A DNA stretch of 63,496 nt from an uncultured Gammaproteobacteria bacterium (GCA_964360435.1 CAYHVQ010000001.1:1-63496), one strand, 5' to 3'; shown: positions 1 to 10,764, numbered from the stretch's first letter. Notes: generated by a model from the sequence alone, not told the origin. Made by a program: numbers and translations.

Positions 1-59
1 TATCCTCTCACAGCCGCTCGGATCGTGCGTCCACAGGGCGAGAACAAGGAGGCGAAACA

Positions 60-2330
60 TTGCATCCTGAAACCATTCACGGCATTGTGGTTGTTGCTCT
101 TTTTGTCGTGGCGGCGCTAACGGCACTCTCCCTGGTAGAGCTTTCAGGAGTGATCGGGACATACCTTCACTTGGGAATGAAAGTGGCCTTTGGTTGGGGA
201 CGATACGTCATTCCCCTCTATTTTGTCGCTCTGGGTTTTCTCCTTCTCCGACAGGATCATGACCGGCCCATTCGCGGATCGTTTTACATTGGACTTTTTT
301 TATTTCTTTTGAGCACGTCGGGACTTCTGCACCTTTTTTCCGGATTGGGTGTGGATCGTTTAAGAGATGGAAACGGCGGAGGATTTGTTGGGGTTTTTTT
401 GAGTTACCCGTTTCAGGCGATTATGGGGTTTTGGGCAACCCTGATCGTGCTTTTGGGCCTGACAGTCATCGCGTTTTTGGTGATGCTCAATACCTCTATT
501 GTTCAACTCGCCGGACCCGGGAAGGGCATCGGCCGACTGATGGGGTGGGGCGTGGATTGGTCTCGGAGCGTTTGGGGTCGCTTATGGCGTCGTTCTGATC
601 AAACAACCCTGGAGTCCGGGTCGGGGGCGGAGTCTGTGGAATCGGAGCAGGCGGGAGACCCAAAGTTTTCCCAGCGTGTGATTGTCGAGGGGGTTTCCCG
701 CGAGCCTCAAGCACACGAAGTAGGGCCGATTCAAGAAACCCTGGATTTCGTTGACAAACAACCGAAGCGTCGGAAGCCTCGCCACATTGACATTCCGCTT
801 CAAATCCTCCTTGCAAATCACCAGAAGCCGTTGAGCGGAAACGTGGAGGAGTATAAAGAGAAAATTCGACGAACGCTGGAGAGTTTTGGGATTGAAGTCC
901 AGATGGGTGCGGTGAACATTGGTCCAACAGTGACGCAGTATACGTTTAGGCCGGCGGAGGGCGTTAAACTTGCGCAAATCACCACACTGCAGAATGATAT
1001 CGCGCTTGCTCTTGCGGCGCATCCGATCAGAGTTGAGGCGCCGATTCCCGGGAAATCGCTGGTTGGCATCGAAGTTCCTAATCAAACAACCGCCCTCGTT
1101 CGTCTTCGCGAAATTTTGGAGTCGCAGGATTTTCGTCGGAGCGATCATCCGCTGACCTTTGCGCTTGGCCAGGATGTCGCAGGGAAAAATCAGGTGACGC
1201 ATTTGGAAGAGAAGCCACATCTACTGATTGCGGGCGCAACAGGATCAGGAAAGTCAGTCATGATCAACGCGCTTATCGTCAGCTTGCTTTACCGCAATGG
1301 GCCGGATGATCTCAAATTTATTCTTGTGGATCCTAAAAAAGTCGAGCTTTCGATTTATAACGGAATTCCGCACTTGCTAACCCCTGTGATCACAGAAGTG
1401 GAAAAGACAATCAATGCGTTGCGCTGGGCTGTGGCGGAAATGGATCGTCGGTATCAGCTGTTGTCGGAAACGCATCGTCGAAATATCATGGACTACAATC
1501 AGCACGCCGAGGCACATCTGCCGTACATCGTCATCGTGATTGACGAGCTCGCGGATCTGATGGCGGTCGCTGCTCAAGACGTCGAGGCGGCGATTATTCG
1601 ATTGGCGCAGATGGCTCGAGCGGTTGGAATTCACCTTGTTCTTGCGACACAACGTCCGTCCGTGAATGTCATTACGGGGCTTATTAAGGCGAATATTACC
1701 TCCCGGATTGCATTCACCGTCGCTTCTTCCACGGACTCCCGAACGATTTTGGATTTTTCCGGTGCGGAAAAATTGCTTGGCAAGGGGGATATGCTTTATG
1801 TTTCTGCAGAGCTGTCAAAACCTCGCCGGATTCAAGGTGCGTTCGTGACCGATCAGGAGATTAGTAAGGTGATGATGGTTCTGAAGGCGAAGGCAAAGCC
1901 AGAATATGATCAAGAGGTCGTGGAACGGCCTCGTCACAGTTCTTTAATTTCCGCTCGCGGGTTTTCTGATGAAGATGAGTTGCTTCCAGAGGCAAAAAAT
2001 GTTGTGATTCGTGCAGGGAAGGCCTCGGCGTCCCTTTTGCAGCGGCATTTGCGGGTTGGGTATGCGCGTGCCGCGCGGTTGCTTGATATCTTAGAAGAGT
2101 ATGGTATTATTGGTCCAGCAGATGGATCCAAGCCGCGAGAGATCTTGGCGAACGATTTTGATGATGCCGCCGGATCTTCGCTTCCATCGGGAGAATTACA
2201 GGATCTTCCCCAGCATCCAGAGGAGGATAGCGCGGAAGATATCTCTGATGTGTCGGAAGAAAGCGAGGAGGGTCGCGATCTTGCGGAGGATTCCGATGTT
2301 CCGGAAGATCCGTCGAAGTTATCTTCATAG
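60..2330 (+). CDS. ftsK: DNA translocase FtsK/SpoIIIE
   Basis: N-terminal hydrophobic segments; Walker A GATGSGKS; Walker B VIVIDELADLM; C-terminal winged-helix-like LLQRHLRVGYARAARLLD. TTG start at 60 preceded by AAGGAGG at 46-52. Confidence 0.9.
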   Translation: MHPETIHGIVVVALFVVAALTALSLVELSGVIGTYLHLGMKVAFGWGRYVIPLYFVALGFLLLRQDHDRPIRGSFYIGLFLFLLSTSGLLHLFSGLGVDRLRDGNGGGFVGVFLSYPFQAIMGFWATLIVLLGLTVIAFLVMLNTSIVQLAGPGKGIGRLMGWGVDWSRSVWGRLWRRSDQTTLESGSGAESVESEQAGDPKFSQRVIVEGVSREPQAHEVGPIQETLDFVDKQPKRRKPRHIDIPLQILLANHQKPLSGNVEEYKEKIRRTLESFGIEVQMGAVNIGPTVTQYTFRPAEGVKLAQITTLQNDIALALAAHPIRVEAPIPGKSLVGIEVPNQTTALVRLREILESQDFRRSDHPLTFALGQDVAGKNQVTHLEEKPHLLIAGATGSGKSVMINALIVSLLYRNGPDDLKFILVDPKKVELSIYNGIPHLLTPVITEVEKTINALRWAVAEMDRRYQLLSETHRRNIMDYNQHAEAHLPYIVIVIDELADLMAVAAQDVEAAIIRLAQMARAVGIHLVLATQRPSVNVITGLIKANITSRIAFTVASSTDSRTILDFSGAEKLLGKGDMLYVSAELSKPRRIQGAFVTDQEISKVMMVLKAKAKPEYDQEVVERPRHSSLISARGFSDEDELLPEAKNVVIRAGKASASLLQRHLRVGYARAARLLDILEEYGIIGPADGSKPREILANDFDDAAGSSLPSGELQDLPQHPEEDSAEDISDVSEESEEGRDLAEDSDVPEDPSKLSS

Positions 2331-2338
2331 TCATCACC

Positions 2339-3046
2339 ATGCCAGAGAGCTCGATTCAAACCATGACGGTGTTTCAGGAGAGACAGGTTCCCCAAACTCA
2401 AACGCTGGGCGACCGATTGAGCGAAGTTCGTCGTTCGCTGGGCGTTTCCATTGTGGACGTGTCGCGGACACTGAAAATCAGCGTGGCCTATCTTGAGGCG
2501 CTGGAGCGCGGTCAGTATCATGCCCTCCCCGGTGGAATTTATACCGAAAATTTCCTCAAGCGGTACGCAAATTATTTGGGGTTGCATGAGCGTCGAGTTT
2601 TAGAGCGGTATGCCGAGGAGGATCAAATTGCACAGCAAGTTCGAACGCGTGATGAGCGGGATCCCTATGACTTTGTTCGGGAAGCGACCGACCACCCGAT
2701 TTTTGCATTGTCTCCCGTTTTTTTTCAGCGGATGGCAGTTTCGGGAGTCATTCTCGCGGTCGTGGTCTATTTAGGATTCCAAATCCGTTCCATTGTCAAT
2801 CCTCCGTCGCTCGCCGTCCTTGCTCCGATAGCGGATTTTGTGACCGGGGACGCGACCGTGGTTGTGGAAGGTAAGACGGAAAAAGAAAGCGAAGTCGTCA
2901 TTAACGGACAGAGTGTTTTGACGGATGAAGAAGGTTCATTTCGAGAGGTTGTGGATCTTCAAACCGGCGTCAATGTTCTGACCGTGATCGCGCGGAAGGA
3001 ACATAGCCGCGATCACGTAGTGACGCGAAGGGTTTTAGTAAAGTAG
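2339..3046 (+). CDS. RodZ-like HTH membrane protein
   Basis: N-terminal Xre-type HTH with the RodZ-like motif ISVAYLEALERGQYHALPG, one central TM segment, C-terminal beta-rich domain. Confidence 0.55.
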   Translation: MPESSIQTMTVFQERQVPQTQTLGDRLSEVRRSLGVSIVDVSRTLKISVAYLEALERGQYHALPGGIYTENFLKRYANYLGLHERRVLERYAEEDQIAQQVRTRDERDPYDFVREATDHPIFALSPVFFQRMAVSGVILAVVVYLGFQIRSIVNPPSLAVLAPIADFVTGDATVVVEGKTEKESEVVINGQSVLTDEEGSFREVVDLQTGVNVLTVIARKEHSRDHVVTRRVLVK

Positions 3047-3114
3047 GCCGCAGTGTTGCTTGGGGGTTCTCTGGAGAGGGGCGCCGAATTCTCATTGTTT
3101 AAAACAAGATCCCT

Positions 3115-4146
3115 ATGATCAAAGAACAGACGAAGGATGAACATGAATTGCGTTCGAAGGCGGCGGACTTGGCGATTGAACAGATCCGTACGCGATTTGG
3201 CGAGGGGGCGATTATGCGTTTTAGCGAAACGCGAAAATCCAATGTGGATGTGATCCCAACCGGATGTTTTTCTTTAGACCTCGCCTTGGGCGTTGGCGGG
3301 TTGCCTCGAGGTCGCGTGGTGGAAATTTATGGTCCGGAAGCATCGGGAAAAACAACGCTTGCGCAGCACGTCGTTGCCGAGTGCCAGAAGCGCGGAGGAA
3401 TCGCTGCGTTTATTGATGCCGAGCATGCGCTGGATCCTGATTATGCCCGAAAGATTGGCGTGGATGTGGATAGTCTGTTTATTTCACAGCCGGACACGGG
3501 CGAGCAGGCACTAGAGATTCTCGAAACGTTGGTTCGGTCAAATGCTGTGGATGTTGTGGTTGTGGACTCGGTTGCCGCATTAACGCCGAAGGCGGAAATT
3601 GAGGGTGAAATGGGAGATTCACACATGGGACTTCAGGCGCGGCTCATGAGTCAAGCACTGCGGAAGCTCACGGCAATTGTCAGTAAAACAAAAACAATCG
3701 TGATTTTCATCAACCAAATTCGTATGAAAATCGGCGTTTTTTTCGGCAACCCGGAGACCACTCCCGGAGGAACCGCGCTAAAATTTTATTCCTCCGTCCG
3801 CATTGAAGTTCGGCGATCCGCACAGATCAAACAAGGCGACAAGATTATTGGGAACCGGACAAAGGCAAAAATCGTCAAAAATAAAGTCGCGGCTCCGTTT
3901 CGTACGACGGAGTTTGATATTATGTTCCACGAAGGCGGGATTTCGATTGCCGGAGATCTCCTGGATACGGCGGTGAATTTCGGGGCGGTTCACAAAAACG
4001 GAAATTCCTACAGTTTTGGAGAGGAGAAGCTTGGAGTGGGTCGCGAAAACGCGAAAGCGTTCCTTCGGGCAAATCCAAAGGTGCTGGAGGAGATTCGACG
4101 CTCTGCGCTCAAGGCGGTTCTTGAGCAGGAAAAACAGGAAAGCTAG
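3115..4146 (+). CDS. recA: recombinase RecA
   Basis: [15 protein letters not shown]-loop, FIDAEHALD, typical length of 343 aa. Confidence 0.95.
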   Translation: MIKEQTKDEHELRSKAADLAIEQIRTRFGEGAIMRFSETRKSNVDVIPTGCFSLDLALGVGGLPRGRVVEIYGPEASGKTTLAQHVVAECQKRGGIAAFIDAEHALDPDYARKIGVDVDSLFISQPDTGEQALEILETLVRSNAVDVVVVDSVAALTPKAEIEGEMGDSHMGLQARLMSQALRKLTAIVSKTKTIVIFINQIRMKIGVFFGNPETTPGGTALKFYSSVRIEVRRSAQIKQGDKIIGNRTKAKIVKNKVAAPFRTTEFDIMFHEGGISIAGDLLDTAVNFGAVHKNGNSYSFGEEKLGVGRENAKAFLRANPKVLEEIRRSALKAVLEQEKQES

Positions 4147-4178
4147 CGCCCATCAATATCATCTTGCATGTCGCTTAT

Positions 4179-4293
4179 GTCATCCTGAGCGAATGGAGTG
4201 AGCCGAAGGATCTCATTCGTTTTTAGTGGAGATTTTTTACACAGGAGATCCTTCACTATCGCTCAGGGATCGTTGTACTCGGTTCAGGACGAC
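4179..4293. repeat. composite palindromic GTCATCC-type element (two inverted copies)
   Basis: gtcatcctgagcgaatggagtgagccgaaggatctc at 4179-4214 faces its imperfect inverted copy gagatccttcac..gctcagggat..caggacgac. It lies between the convergent recA and efp genes. The 3' flank caaagctatttttgagat resembles the end of the 150-bp element at 47045 and 62662. Confidence 0.6.
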
Positions 4294-4325
4294 ATCGCGT
4301 CGCAAAGCTATTTTTGAGATCAGCG

Positions 4326-4889
4326 TTAATTCACGCGTTCGACGTACGTTCCGCTCTCGGTATTCACGCGGATGCGATCGCCGGCTTTGACGAATAGCGG
4401 CACTTGAACCGTGAACCCGGTTGAGACTTTTGCTGGCTTCATGACGCGTCCTTGAGCGGTGTCTCCCCGAGTTCCGGGCTCCGTCTCGATGATATCCAGT
4501 TCTACCTTGAGGGGGAGTTTGACGGCCACGGGTCTTCCCTCATAGTACAGGACATCCACATCTGTACCTTCTTTGATGTATTCGGAGACTGGCGCAATTT
4601 GATCCTTGGGCAGGGTGAATTGATCGTACGTTTCGTTATTCATGAAGGTGCAGGAGTCTGCATCGGCGTAGAGAAAATTTACGGGCTGATGCGAAAGATC
4701 CGCTTCCTCAACTTTGTCGCCGGATTTGAATGTTCGCTCCAAGACATTTCCTGTGAGCAGATTTTTGAGCTTGGTTCGTAGAACCGCGCTTCCGCGTCCC
4801 ATTTGGACATGTTGCGTGTATTGGATAACATACGGCTGGCCATCCAAGGAAACGGTCATCCCGAGCTTCAGGTCATTCATGAACAGCAT
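4326..4889 (-). CDS. efp: elongation factor P
   Basis: Full-length EF-P-like sequence (KxG..VxxDGxPY, three-domain length). An alternative start at 4880 (MNDLKLG) is equally plausible. Confidence 0.9.
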   Translation of the reverse strand: MLFMNDLKLGMTVSLDGQPYVIQYTQHVQMGRGSAVLRTKLKNLLTGNVLERTFKSGDKVEEADLSHQPVNFLYADADSCTFMNNETYDQFTLPKDQIAPVSEYIKEGTDVDVLYYEGRPVAVKLPLKVELDIIETEPGTRGDTAQGRVMKPAKVSTGFTVQVPLFVKAGDRIRVNTESGTYVERVN

Positions 4890-4897
4890 AGGTCAAA

Positions 4898-5137
4898 TTA
4901 ACGAGTGGTAAACGGAAGAAGTGCCATGGTCCGTGCACGCTTAATCGCCTGGGCGAGTTGGCGTTGATGCTTGGAGCAGGTGCCTGTTCGCCGCCGCGGG
5001 AGGATCTTTGCGTAGGATGAAATAAACCGCTGAAAGATCTGTGGGTCTTTGTAGTCCGCCACTTCCAATCCATTGACGCAAAAATGGCAGTACTTGGGTT
5101 TCGGAAGAAGGGTGTGAAGTTTTTTAATCGTTGGCAT
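4898..5137 (-). CDS. rpsR: 30S ribosomal protein S18
   Basis: 79 aa with CxFC, DYKD and AIKRAR motifs typical of S18. In the rpsF-ssb-rpsR arrangement. Confidence 0.9.
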   Translation of the reverse strand: MPTIKKLHTLLPKPKYCHFCVNGLEVADYKDPQIFQRFISSYAKILPRRRTGTCSKHQRQLAQAIKRARTMALLPFTTR

Positions 5138-5140
5138 AGG

Positions 5141-5596
5141 TTAAAATGGGATATCCTCAATGTTAATTTCCTCTTCGCCGGGCGCCGTTGGCGCAGACGC
5201 GGTCGCCATCACGGGGGAGGGTGATTCGGATTCGGGAGCCGCCGCTTGCTCTCCGGAGTTTTGACCCGTGGGACTTCCCAGCATAATCATATTGTCGGCG
5301 ACAATTTCCGTGCGGTATTTTTTGTTGCCGCTTTGGTCATCCCATGATCGGGTTTGGAGGCGACCCTCAATGTAAACTTGCTTTCCTTTCTTGAGGTATT
5401 GTCCTACAATGTCTGCTAATTTTCGCCACGCCACAATGTTATGATACTCGGTTCGGCTTTGCGCTTGACCGCTGCTATCTTTCCACTGCTGGCTGGTTGC
5501 TACGGAAAATGTTGCGACGGTCTGACCGGATGGGATGGTGCGAAGTTCGGGATCCCGCGTCAGGCGTCCAATAATCATGACTTTGTTAAGATCCAT
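5141..5596 (-). CDS. ssb: single-stranded DNA-binding protein
   Basis: OB-fold N-terminus ([13 protein letters not shown]), disordered tail, acidic C-terminal tip ending DIPF. Confidence 0.9.
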   Translation of the reverse strand: MDLNKVMIIGRLTRDPELRTIPSGQTVATFSVATSQQWKDSSGQAQSRTEYHNIVAWRKLADIVGQYLKKGKQVYIEGRLQTRSWDDQSGNKKYRTEIVADNMIMLGSPTGQNSGEQAAAPESESPSPVMATASAPTAPGEEEINIEDIPF

Positions 5597-5631
5597 AGGA
5601 GTAGTTTCTAAGGATAAAGCGAAGACGCTCG

Positions 5632-6321
5632 TTATAAAATATCTTCGCCTAAGATTTTATCAAGCCGCTCATCGAGTTCTTCAAGCTTGATTTTCTCTTC
5701 CGCCTTTTTGGCCTTTGCAGAAGGGGTAAAAGCGGGAGAGGTTGCCGGCGTTGGAGATGCCGGCACGGCAGTCGGTTTCTCTTCCGCAGGAGCAGTTGAA
5801 GGAGTCACGGTTTCGGTGGCGGATGGTGTAGTAATCTCGGCGGATTGCGGCTGGACATCTGGCTCAAGCTCTGGCGCTCGGGTTTTTTCTCGAATTTTCG
5901 GCGCGCTGACGACCGGGGTGCTTTGACGCACAGCGGGTCGCGCGATCTTCCCAACGCCGATCGCGCCACGTTCTGCTTCTCGCGCGGTTTGCCGCGCCTT
6001 TGTTTCCGCCTCCCGCGCTTTCTGTTCCTCGGATTTTTCATCCATCTGGACAAGCTGGTAGCGGAGGATTTCAGACATCAGGCGCAGGGTTTGGTGAAGT
6101 TCGGCGACCGCCGCGTTTTCCGCATAAAATCCAAAACTCGCGTACACTCCATGTCGGACGCCTTTAATGCGGTATGCCAGTCGGCGTTTGCCGATTAGCT
6201 CCTCGTAACTTGTTTTGACATTCTTTTGCGCCAGCAGTTGGCGGAGCGATTCCCAGATTGCTTCCACTTCCGGATCCGTCTGGGTTGCGGGGACTAAAAC
6301 CAAAAGATCGTAATGTTGCAT
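5632..6321 (-). CDS. rpsF: 30S ribosomal protein S6 with long low-complexity C-terminal tail
   Basis: S6 core starts at [10 protein letters not shown] (ATG at 6321) and is followed by about 130 aa rich in Ala/Pro/Thr/Glu. The 57 codons upstream in the track ORF (to 6492) overlap the divergent neighbour and do not look like S6. Confidence 0.75.
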   Translation of the reverse strand: MQHYDLLVLVPATQTDPEVEAIWESLRQLLAQKNVKTSYEELIGKRRLAYRIKGVRHGVYASFGFYAENAAVAELHQTLRLMSEILRYQLVQMDEKSEEQKAREAETKARQTAREAERGAIGVGKIARPAVRQSTPVVSAPKIREKTRAPELEPDVQPQSAEITTPSATETVTPSTAPAEEKPTAVPASPTPATSPAFTPSAKAKKAEEKIKLEELDERLDKILGEDIL

Positions 6322-6476
6322 GTCGTACTCCCGTTCATCTCCCCGCGGCCTTTTGGGGTACGAAGCCCCGGCTCGCATGGATTGTAAAGAGAAGATGAAA
6401 TAATAGTAAATCGGGTCGAGTGTACCACAGCTCGGAAAATTTGGCAAGTCTCGGCCAAGAGGGTATAGTATGGGAC

Positions 6477-7745
6477 ATGACACCTCCCCCATTACTGACT
6501 TTTTCGTCCACCTTTTTTATTCTGGGTAATCATCCGCTACTGGCGCGGGCAGAAATTGAACGAGCCGTTGTTGCGCTAGGCGGTACATGGAAGACGGACG
6601 CCGCGGGCGGGTCTGTTCTTTTGGGTGCGCTTTCCGGAATCGAGCATACGGCACTGCTTTCTCGACTCGGAGGAACGATCAAAGTTGGCCGGGTGCTCTA
6701 TACCGAGCTCCTTTCTGGGCGGTCTCGTCTTTCGGCGATCCGCGATCTCCTCACCCCTGATCGCGTCATTCCATGGCTTGCGTCCACGGATGCTCGCGTG
6801 GAGTTTGGCATGAGTTTATATGCCCTTACCGGATCTGCTCCTTTCCGGTTGACGAAACAATTGACGCCGGTGGGGATGACGATTCGAGAGGCGCTGAAAT
6901 CTCAAGGCAAACGGGCGCGGTGGGTGACGTCTCGTGATGCATCCGCGTTGTCGAGTGTTGTGGTCTCAAAGAATCGCCTTTTGGAACGGGGCGGAGAGGT
7001 TTGCGTTCTGTTTGACGATCAGCGGCTTTGGGTGGGGATGACGGATGCGGTTCAGGATTTTGAAGCCTATGCGCATCGGGATTATGACCGTCCGAGAAGA
7101 GATGCAAAAAGCGGAATGCTTCCGCCAAAGGTCGCACAAATGCTCATCAATTTATCCGGTTTGACGACCAACCATCTTCTTTTAGATCCCTTCTGTGGCA
7201 GTGGAACGATTCTTGCGGAAGCGGCGCGTATGGGATTTGAGCATCTTGCTGGGAGCGATATTAGCACACAAGCGGTCGCCGACACTCGCGAGAATATTTA
7301 TTGGTTGATTCGAACATCGCACCTTCCCGCGCCGGTGATAAATTTGCAGATTTCGGATGTTCGGAAGGTCACCGAGAAATTTTCGGCGAACTCGGTGGAT
7401 GGAATTGTGACAGAGCCGTATTTAGGCCCTCCGCTCCGAGGACGGGAGCGCCCGGAACAGTTACAAAAGAATTTTGACGTGATCCAGAGACTCTACGATG
7501 ATACGGTGCACGTTGTGTCGGGGCTTTTGCGTCCGGGCGGCGTGCTGGTCATGGTTCTGCCAAAAGTTGTCACGTCTCCAAAGACATACTGTGTTTCTCT
7601 GCAGGTTTGGGAGGCGGCTGGGTTTCAGCCCGTTTCACTTCCCGGGATGTCTGTGCGGAAGACCTTTGAATACGGCCGGAAGGATCAATACGTCCATCGT
7701 GAGATTGGGGTCTGGCGTCGGGTGGCATCTCGTGCGACGATCTAA
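6477..7745 (+). CDS. SAM-dependent methyltransferase, UPF0020/Trm11-RlmL-like (putative RNA N-methylase)
   Basis: Motif I DPFCGSGT and motif IV-like VTEPYLGPP. The N-terminal about 170 aa could be a THUMP-like module. Start taken at MTPPPLL (the track ORF starts at 6420). Confidence 0.6.
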   Translation: MTPPPLLTFSSTFFILGNHPLLARAEIERAVVALGGTWKTDAAGGSVLLGALSGIEHTALLSRLGGTIKVGRVLYTELLSGRSRLSAIRDLLTPDRVIPWLASTDARVEFGMSLYALTGSAPFRLTKQLTPVGMTIREALKSQGKRARWVTSRDASALSSVVVSKNRLLERGGEVCVLFDDQRLWVGMTDAVQDFEAYAHRDYDRPRRDAKSGMLPPKVAQMLINLSGLTTNHLLLDPFCGSGTILAEAARMGFEHLAGSDISTQAVADTRENIYWLIRTSHLPAPVINLQISDVRKVTEKFSANSVDGIVTEPYLGPPLRGRERPEQLQKNFDVIQRLYDDTVHVVSGLLRPGGVLVMVLPKVVTSPKTYCVSLQVWEAAGFQPVSLPGMSVRKTFEYGRKDQYVHREIGVWRRVASRATI

Positions 7746-7746
7746 A

Positions 7747-7815
7747 GATCATCCCGGACTTGATCCGGGATCCACGGCGGATAGATTTCGGATCACCTAT
7801 GGGGGTCGGGATGAC
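7747..7815. repeat. GTCATCC-hairpin family element
   Basis: atcatcccggacttgatccgggatcc hairpin at the left end and ..tcgggatgac inverted terminus at the right end. Confidence 0.6.
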
Positions 7816-7881
7816 ATGATGTTGACAATTGCTTTGTATTTCCCTATAACACAATCAGGTTCCCAGGAGAAAGGAGGCAGT

Positions 7882-8055
7882 ATGAGGGATTGGATTGCCC
7901 TGAATGCCAGTCAAGATTCCAATCTTGCCGCGTTTGGGATCGTTCTGGCCGGTTTGGGTGTTGTGGCAATCCTCGGTGGGTTGGGCATTGCCGCGATGAT
8001 TCAATCCGTCTGGCGGTGGAGAAAGCGTTCATGGAACCCGTTTTCTGGATCCTGA
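7882..8055 (+). CDS. small hypothetical membrane protein (57 aa)
   Basis: ATG preceded by GGAGAAAGGAGG; one hydrophobic helix (AAFGIVLAGLGVVAILGGLGIAAMI). Confidence 0.3.
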   Translation: MRDWIALNASQDSNLAAFGIVLAGLGVVAILGGLGIAAMIQSVWRWRKRSWNPFSGS

Positions 8056-8210
8056 TCGCGCTCGCGGTGATCGTCATCGTGATGACCGCCTTCAAGGTCC
8101 TGCTCGCGCTCTTCATGATGCCGTGGTGGGGGATGCTCCTTGCTCTCCTTGCGCTCGCGGTGTCTCTCACCGTCGTCGGCTTACGGTGGATGAGGAAGCC
8201 GATGGGATGA
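8031..8210 (+). CDS. small hypothetical membrane protein (59 aa)
   Basis: ATG with a GGAGAAAG SD; two hydrophobic helices. Overlaps the previous small ORF by 25 nt. Confidence 0.3.
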   Translation: MEPVFWILIALAVIVIVMTAFKVLLALFMMPWWGMLLALLALAVSLTVVGLRWMRKPMG

Positions 8211-8268
8211 GGCTACGGGGATACTGAAACCCGCCTGCCGTTTCGTTGACGGGCGTCATTCGTGAGTG

Positions 8269-8298
8269 GAGTACCGAAGGGGTACTCTCTTTTTGTTT
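8269..8298 (+). terminator. intrinsic terminator
   Basis: gagtacc/ggtactc 7-bp stem, 5-nt loop, then tctttttgttt. Confidence 0.5.
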
Positions 8299-8310
8299 AA
8301 GCTCATCGTA

Positions 8311-9387
8311 TTACCGCGCGTTATGGAGGATGTTCATTTCATCCCCGTCTTGGACAACATATGCTTTTCCCTCGGTTCGGACTTTTCCCCGTTCCCGCGC
8401 GGCGGCGTAAGATCCGGCGTCAACCAGGTCTTTCCAGTTGACGACTTCGGCGCGAATAAAATGTGTTTCAAAATCGGTATGGATGACCCCTGCGGCCTGC
8501 GGTGCTAGCGTTCCGCGACGAATCGTCCATGCTCGCGTTTCCGTTTCGCCGGACGTGAAGAACGTGATCAAGTGAAGCGCTTCATAACTTGCGCGAATGA
8601 GCCGATCTAGCCCGCTTTCCGGAATCCCGAGTTCCTTGAGATAGGTTTTGGCGTCTTCGGGGGGAAGCTCTGCAAGTTCTGCTTCAATTTGTGCCGTGAT
8701 CGGAATGACGCCGGCGTTCTGGAAGGCCGGGGGGATTGAGGGATGTGCCAAATCCTCTTCCCCAACATTCAAGACGATCATCCACGGCTTCATCGTCAAC
8801 AGGTGAAGGGATCGAATGTGTTCGGTTTCTTCATCCGAGAGCGACACGGTTCGTGCTAACGCTCCGGCATCGAGCGCCGTTTTGATTTTTGCGAAGGCTC
8901 CAGTCTGCATTTCGGCAATTTTATCTCCACTCCGCGCCTTTCCTTCTACGCGATCCAGGGCTTTTGTCACCGTCGCCAGATCCGCCATGATGAGTTCCAA
9001 TTGGATGATCGCCAGATCATCGGCAGGATTGACGCGGTTGGCCACGTGAGTGATATTCGGATCCTCAAACGCCCGAACAACGTGGCAGATCGCGTCCACT
9101 TCTCGAATGTGGGATAAAAATTGATTCCCTAACCCCTCGCCTTTATGCGCGCCGGCAACGAGTCCTGCAATATCCACAAATTCGATCGCCGTCGGAATGA
9201 TTTTCGCGGAATGGGAGACACGAGCCAGGGCATCGAGCCGTGGATCTGGAACCGCAACAACGCCGACATTCGGTTCAATGGTGCAGAACGGATAATTTGC
9301 CGCATCCACTTGTTTTTTGGTGAGGGCGTTGAAGAGCGTGGATTTTCCCACGTTCGGGAGGCCGACAATGCCGATGGAGAGAGACAT
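8311..9387 (-). CDS. ychF: ribosome-binding ATPase YchF
   Basis: GIVGLPNVGKSTLFNAL, TGS-like C-terminus, 358 aa. Confidence 0.9.
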   Translation of the reverse strand: MSLSIGIVGLPNVGKSTLFNALTKKQVDAANYPFCTIEPNVGVVAVPDPRLDALARVSHSAKIIPTAIEFVDIAGLVAGAHKGEGLGNQFLSHIREVDAICHVVRAFEDPNITHVANRVNPADDLAIIQLELIMADLATVTKALDRVEGKARSGDKIAEMQTGAFAKIKTALDAGALARTVSLSDEETEHIRSLHLLTMKPWMIVLNVGEEDLAHPSIPPAFQNAGVIPITAQIEAELAELPPEDAKTYLKELGIPESGLDRLIRASYEALHLITFFTSGETETRAWTIRRGTLAPQAAGVIHTDFETHFIRAEVVNWKDLVDAGSYAAARERGKVRTEGKAYVVQDGDEMNILHNAR

Positions 9388-9540
9388 AGGATAGAGAAAA
9401 TAGTCCGTTTCTCATCTTAACCTGTGGCGGGGTGAAATGCAAGGCGCTGTATAAGTGAAAAACCGACTTGGAGCTCTTGTCAAAAAAATAAATGTGTTGT
9501 AGACTGCGGGTGAAAAAGTTTTTATCATTAGAGGTGAACT

Positions 9541-9999
9541 ATGGTTCGTGTCATCTTAGATACCAACGTCCTGATTAACGGGGTTCAAGATGATTATAGC
9601 TACGCGTATCGGATCATTCAGCTTTGTCTGGAAGGAAAATTGCAGGCGGTGGTTTCGAGGCAGATTGAACGAGAGTACCGCCTCAAGGCCGACGAGTTGA
9701 TTATGGACGAGTCCTATTTGGATTTGTTGGATGATCTGTTGGATCGCGCCGAGGAAGTGGAGGTGCACAGCCGCGTGCGGATTGTTGAAGAAGATCCGCA
9801 GGACAATAAATTTTTTTCCTGCGCGCAAGATGGGGAGGCTGATTTTATTGTTTCCGACGACGTCCATCTTCTCGATTTTGGATCCTACAAAAATACCCGC
9901 GTGGTGACGCCCGACGAATTTTGGAGCATTTATAACGAAGAAATCGCTGCTGGAGAAAATGTGGAGTGGAAAGAGTGGGTGCGGACGATGGGAATATAA
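9541..9999 (+). CDS. PIN-domain protein (solitary toxin-like nuclease)
   Basis: VILDTNVLI N-terminus and the acidic residues of a PIN fold (..EREY.., IVSDDVHLL). No obvious adjacent antitoxin. Confidence 0.7.
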   Translation: MVRVILDTNVLINGVQDDYSYAYRIIQLCLEGKLQAVVSRQIEREYRLKADELIMDESYLDLLDDLLDRAEEVEVHSRVRIVEEDPQDNKFFSCAQDGEADFIVSDDVHLLDFGSYKNTRVVTPDEFWSIYNEEIAAGENVEWKEWVRTMGI

Positions 10000-10056
10000 C
10001 GCGAGCGGGAACAGCGGGGGTTTTCCTTCGGTGGTTTTTTGTGGTATGATTAAAAT

Positions 10057-10764
10057 ATGTTTGATCAACCCACAAGTCCAAAGCCATCCTCGGAACAACC
10101 GGATCCGTCCGCGAAAGGATCGGAAACCGACGCAGAACAAAAGCTGAAAGGACTGACGCCGAGCGTCCCTTCGTCTTCCGGCGCGCCTTCTTCTGCGCCG
10201 CGGCTGAATGTCATTGATCAGCACATTCAGGCAACGGCCGCGGCCGCGCCGCTTAGCGAGGGATTAGTTGAGGATGAGTCCGCTCATCGTCGAAATATTC
10301 TCATTATTGCCAGTGTGCTGATCGTTTTGTTGTTTGTGCTGATTTTGGGCGGTTTTTTTGCCGTGAATCTACTCTTTCCGTCATCCAGTAGCGATCTCCT
10401 TCCTGGTCTGATCAACGCGGATCTTGGGAATACGGCGAATATAAGTTTCAATAAAAATGCCAATGCCGCGCCCAGCAATAGCAACACTAACACTGCAAAT
10501 ATCAATGCCGTGACGAATACCGCGCCGCCGGTCAATCCCGCTTCGGACGCAGACGCCGATGGATTAACTTATGCGCAAGAACTGCTCATGGGTACGGATG
10601 CGAATGATCCGGACACCGACAATGATTCCTACCTTGATGGAGCTGAACTTCAAAACGGATACAATCCCTTAGGAGAAGGCGTGGTGCTCGATCATGACGG
10701 CGATGGTGTGGACGATGCGAAAGAGGTTTTTGCTGGAACCGATCCTTACGATGCTAGAGAGTAG
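10057..10764 (+). CDS. membrane-anchored protein with thrombospondin-type-3-like acidic Ca-binding repeats
   Basis: Central TM helix (ILIIASVLIVLLFVLILGGFFAV). C-terminal DADADGL..DPDTDNDSYLDG..DHDGDGVDD repeats. Confidence 0.5.
   Translation: MFDQPTSPKPSSEQPDPSAKGSETDAEQKLKGLTPSVPSSSGAPSSAPRLNVIDQHIQATAAAAPLSEGLVEDESAHRRNILIIASVLIVLLFVLILGGFFAVNLLFPSSSSDLLPGLINADLGNTANISFNKNANAAPSNSNTNTANINAVTNTAPPVNPASDADADGLTYAQELLMGTDANDPDTDNDSYLDGAELQNGYNPLGEGVVLDHDGDGVDDAKEVFAGTDPYDARE

Noticed and set aside
5632-6492. Full 286-aa track ORF taken as the S6 gene.
   Set aside because: The first 57 codons overlap the divergent methyltransferase region and lack S6 similarity. The S6 core begins at the internal ATG at 6321.
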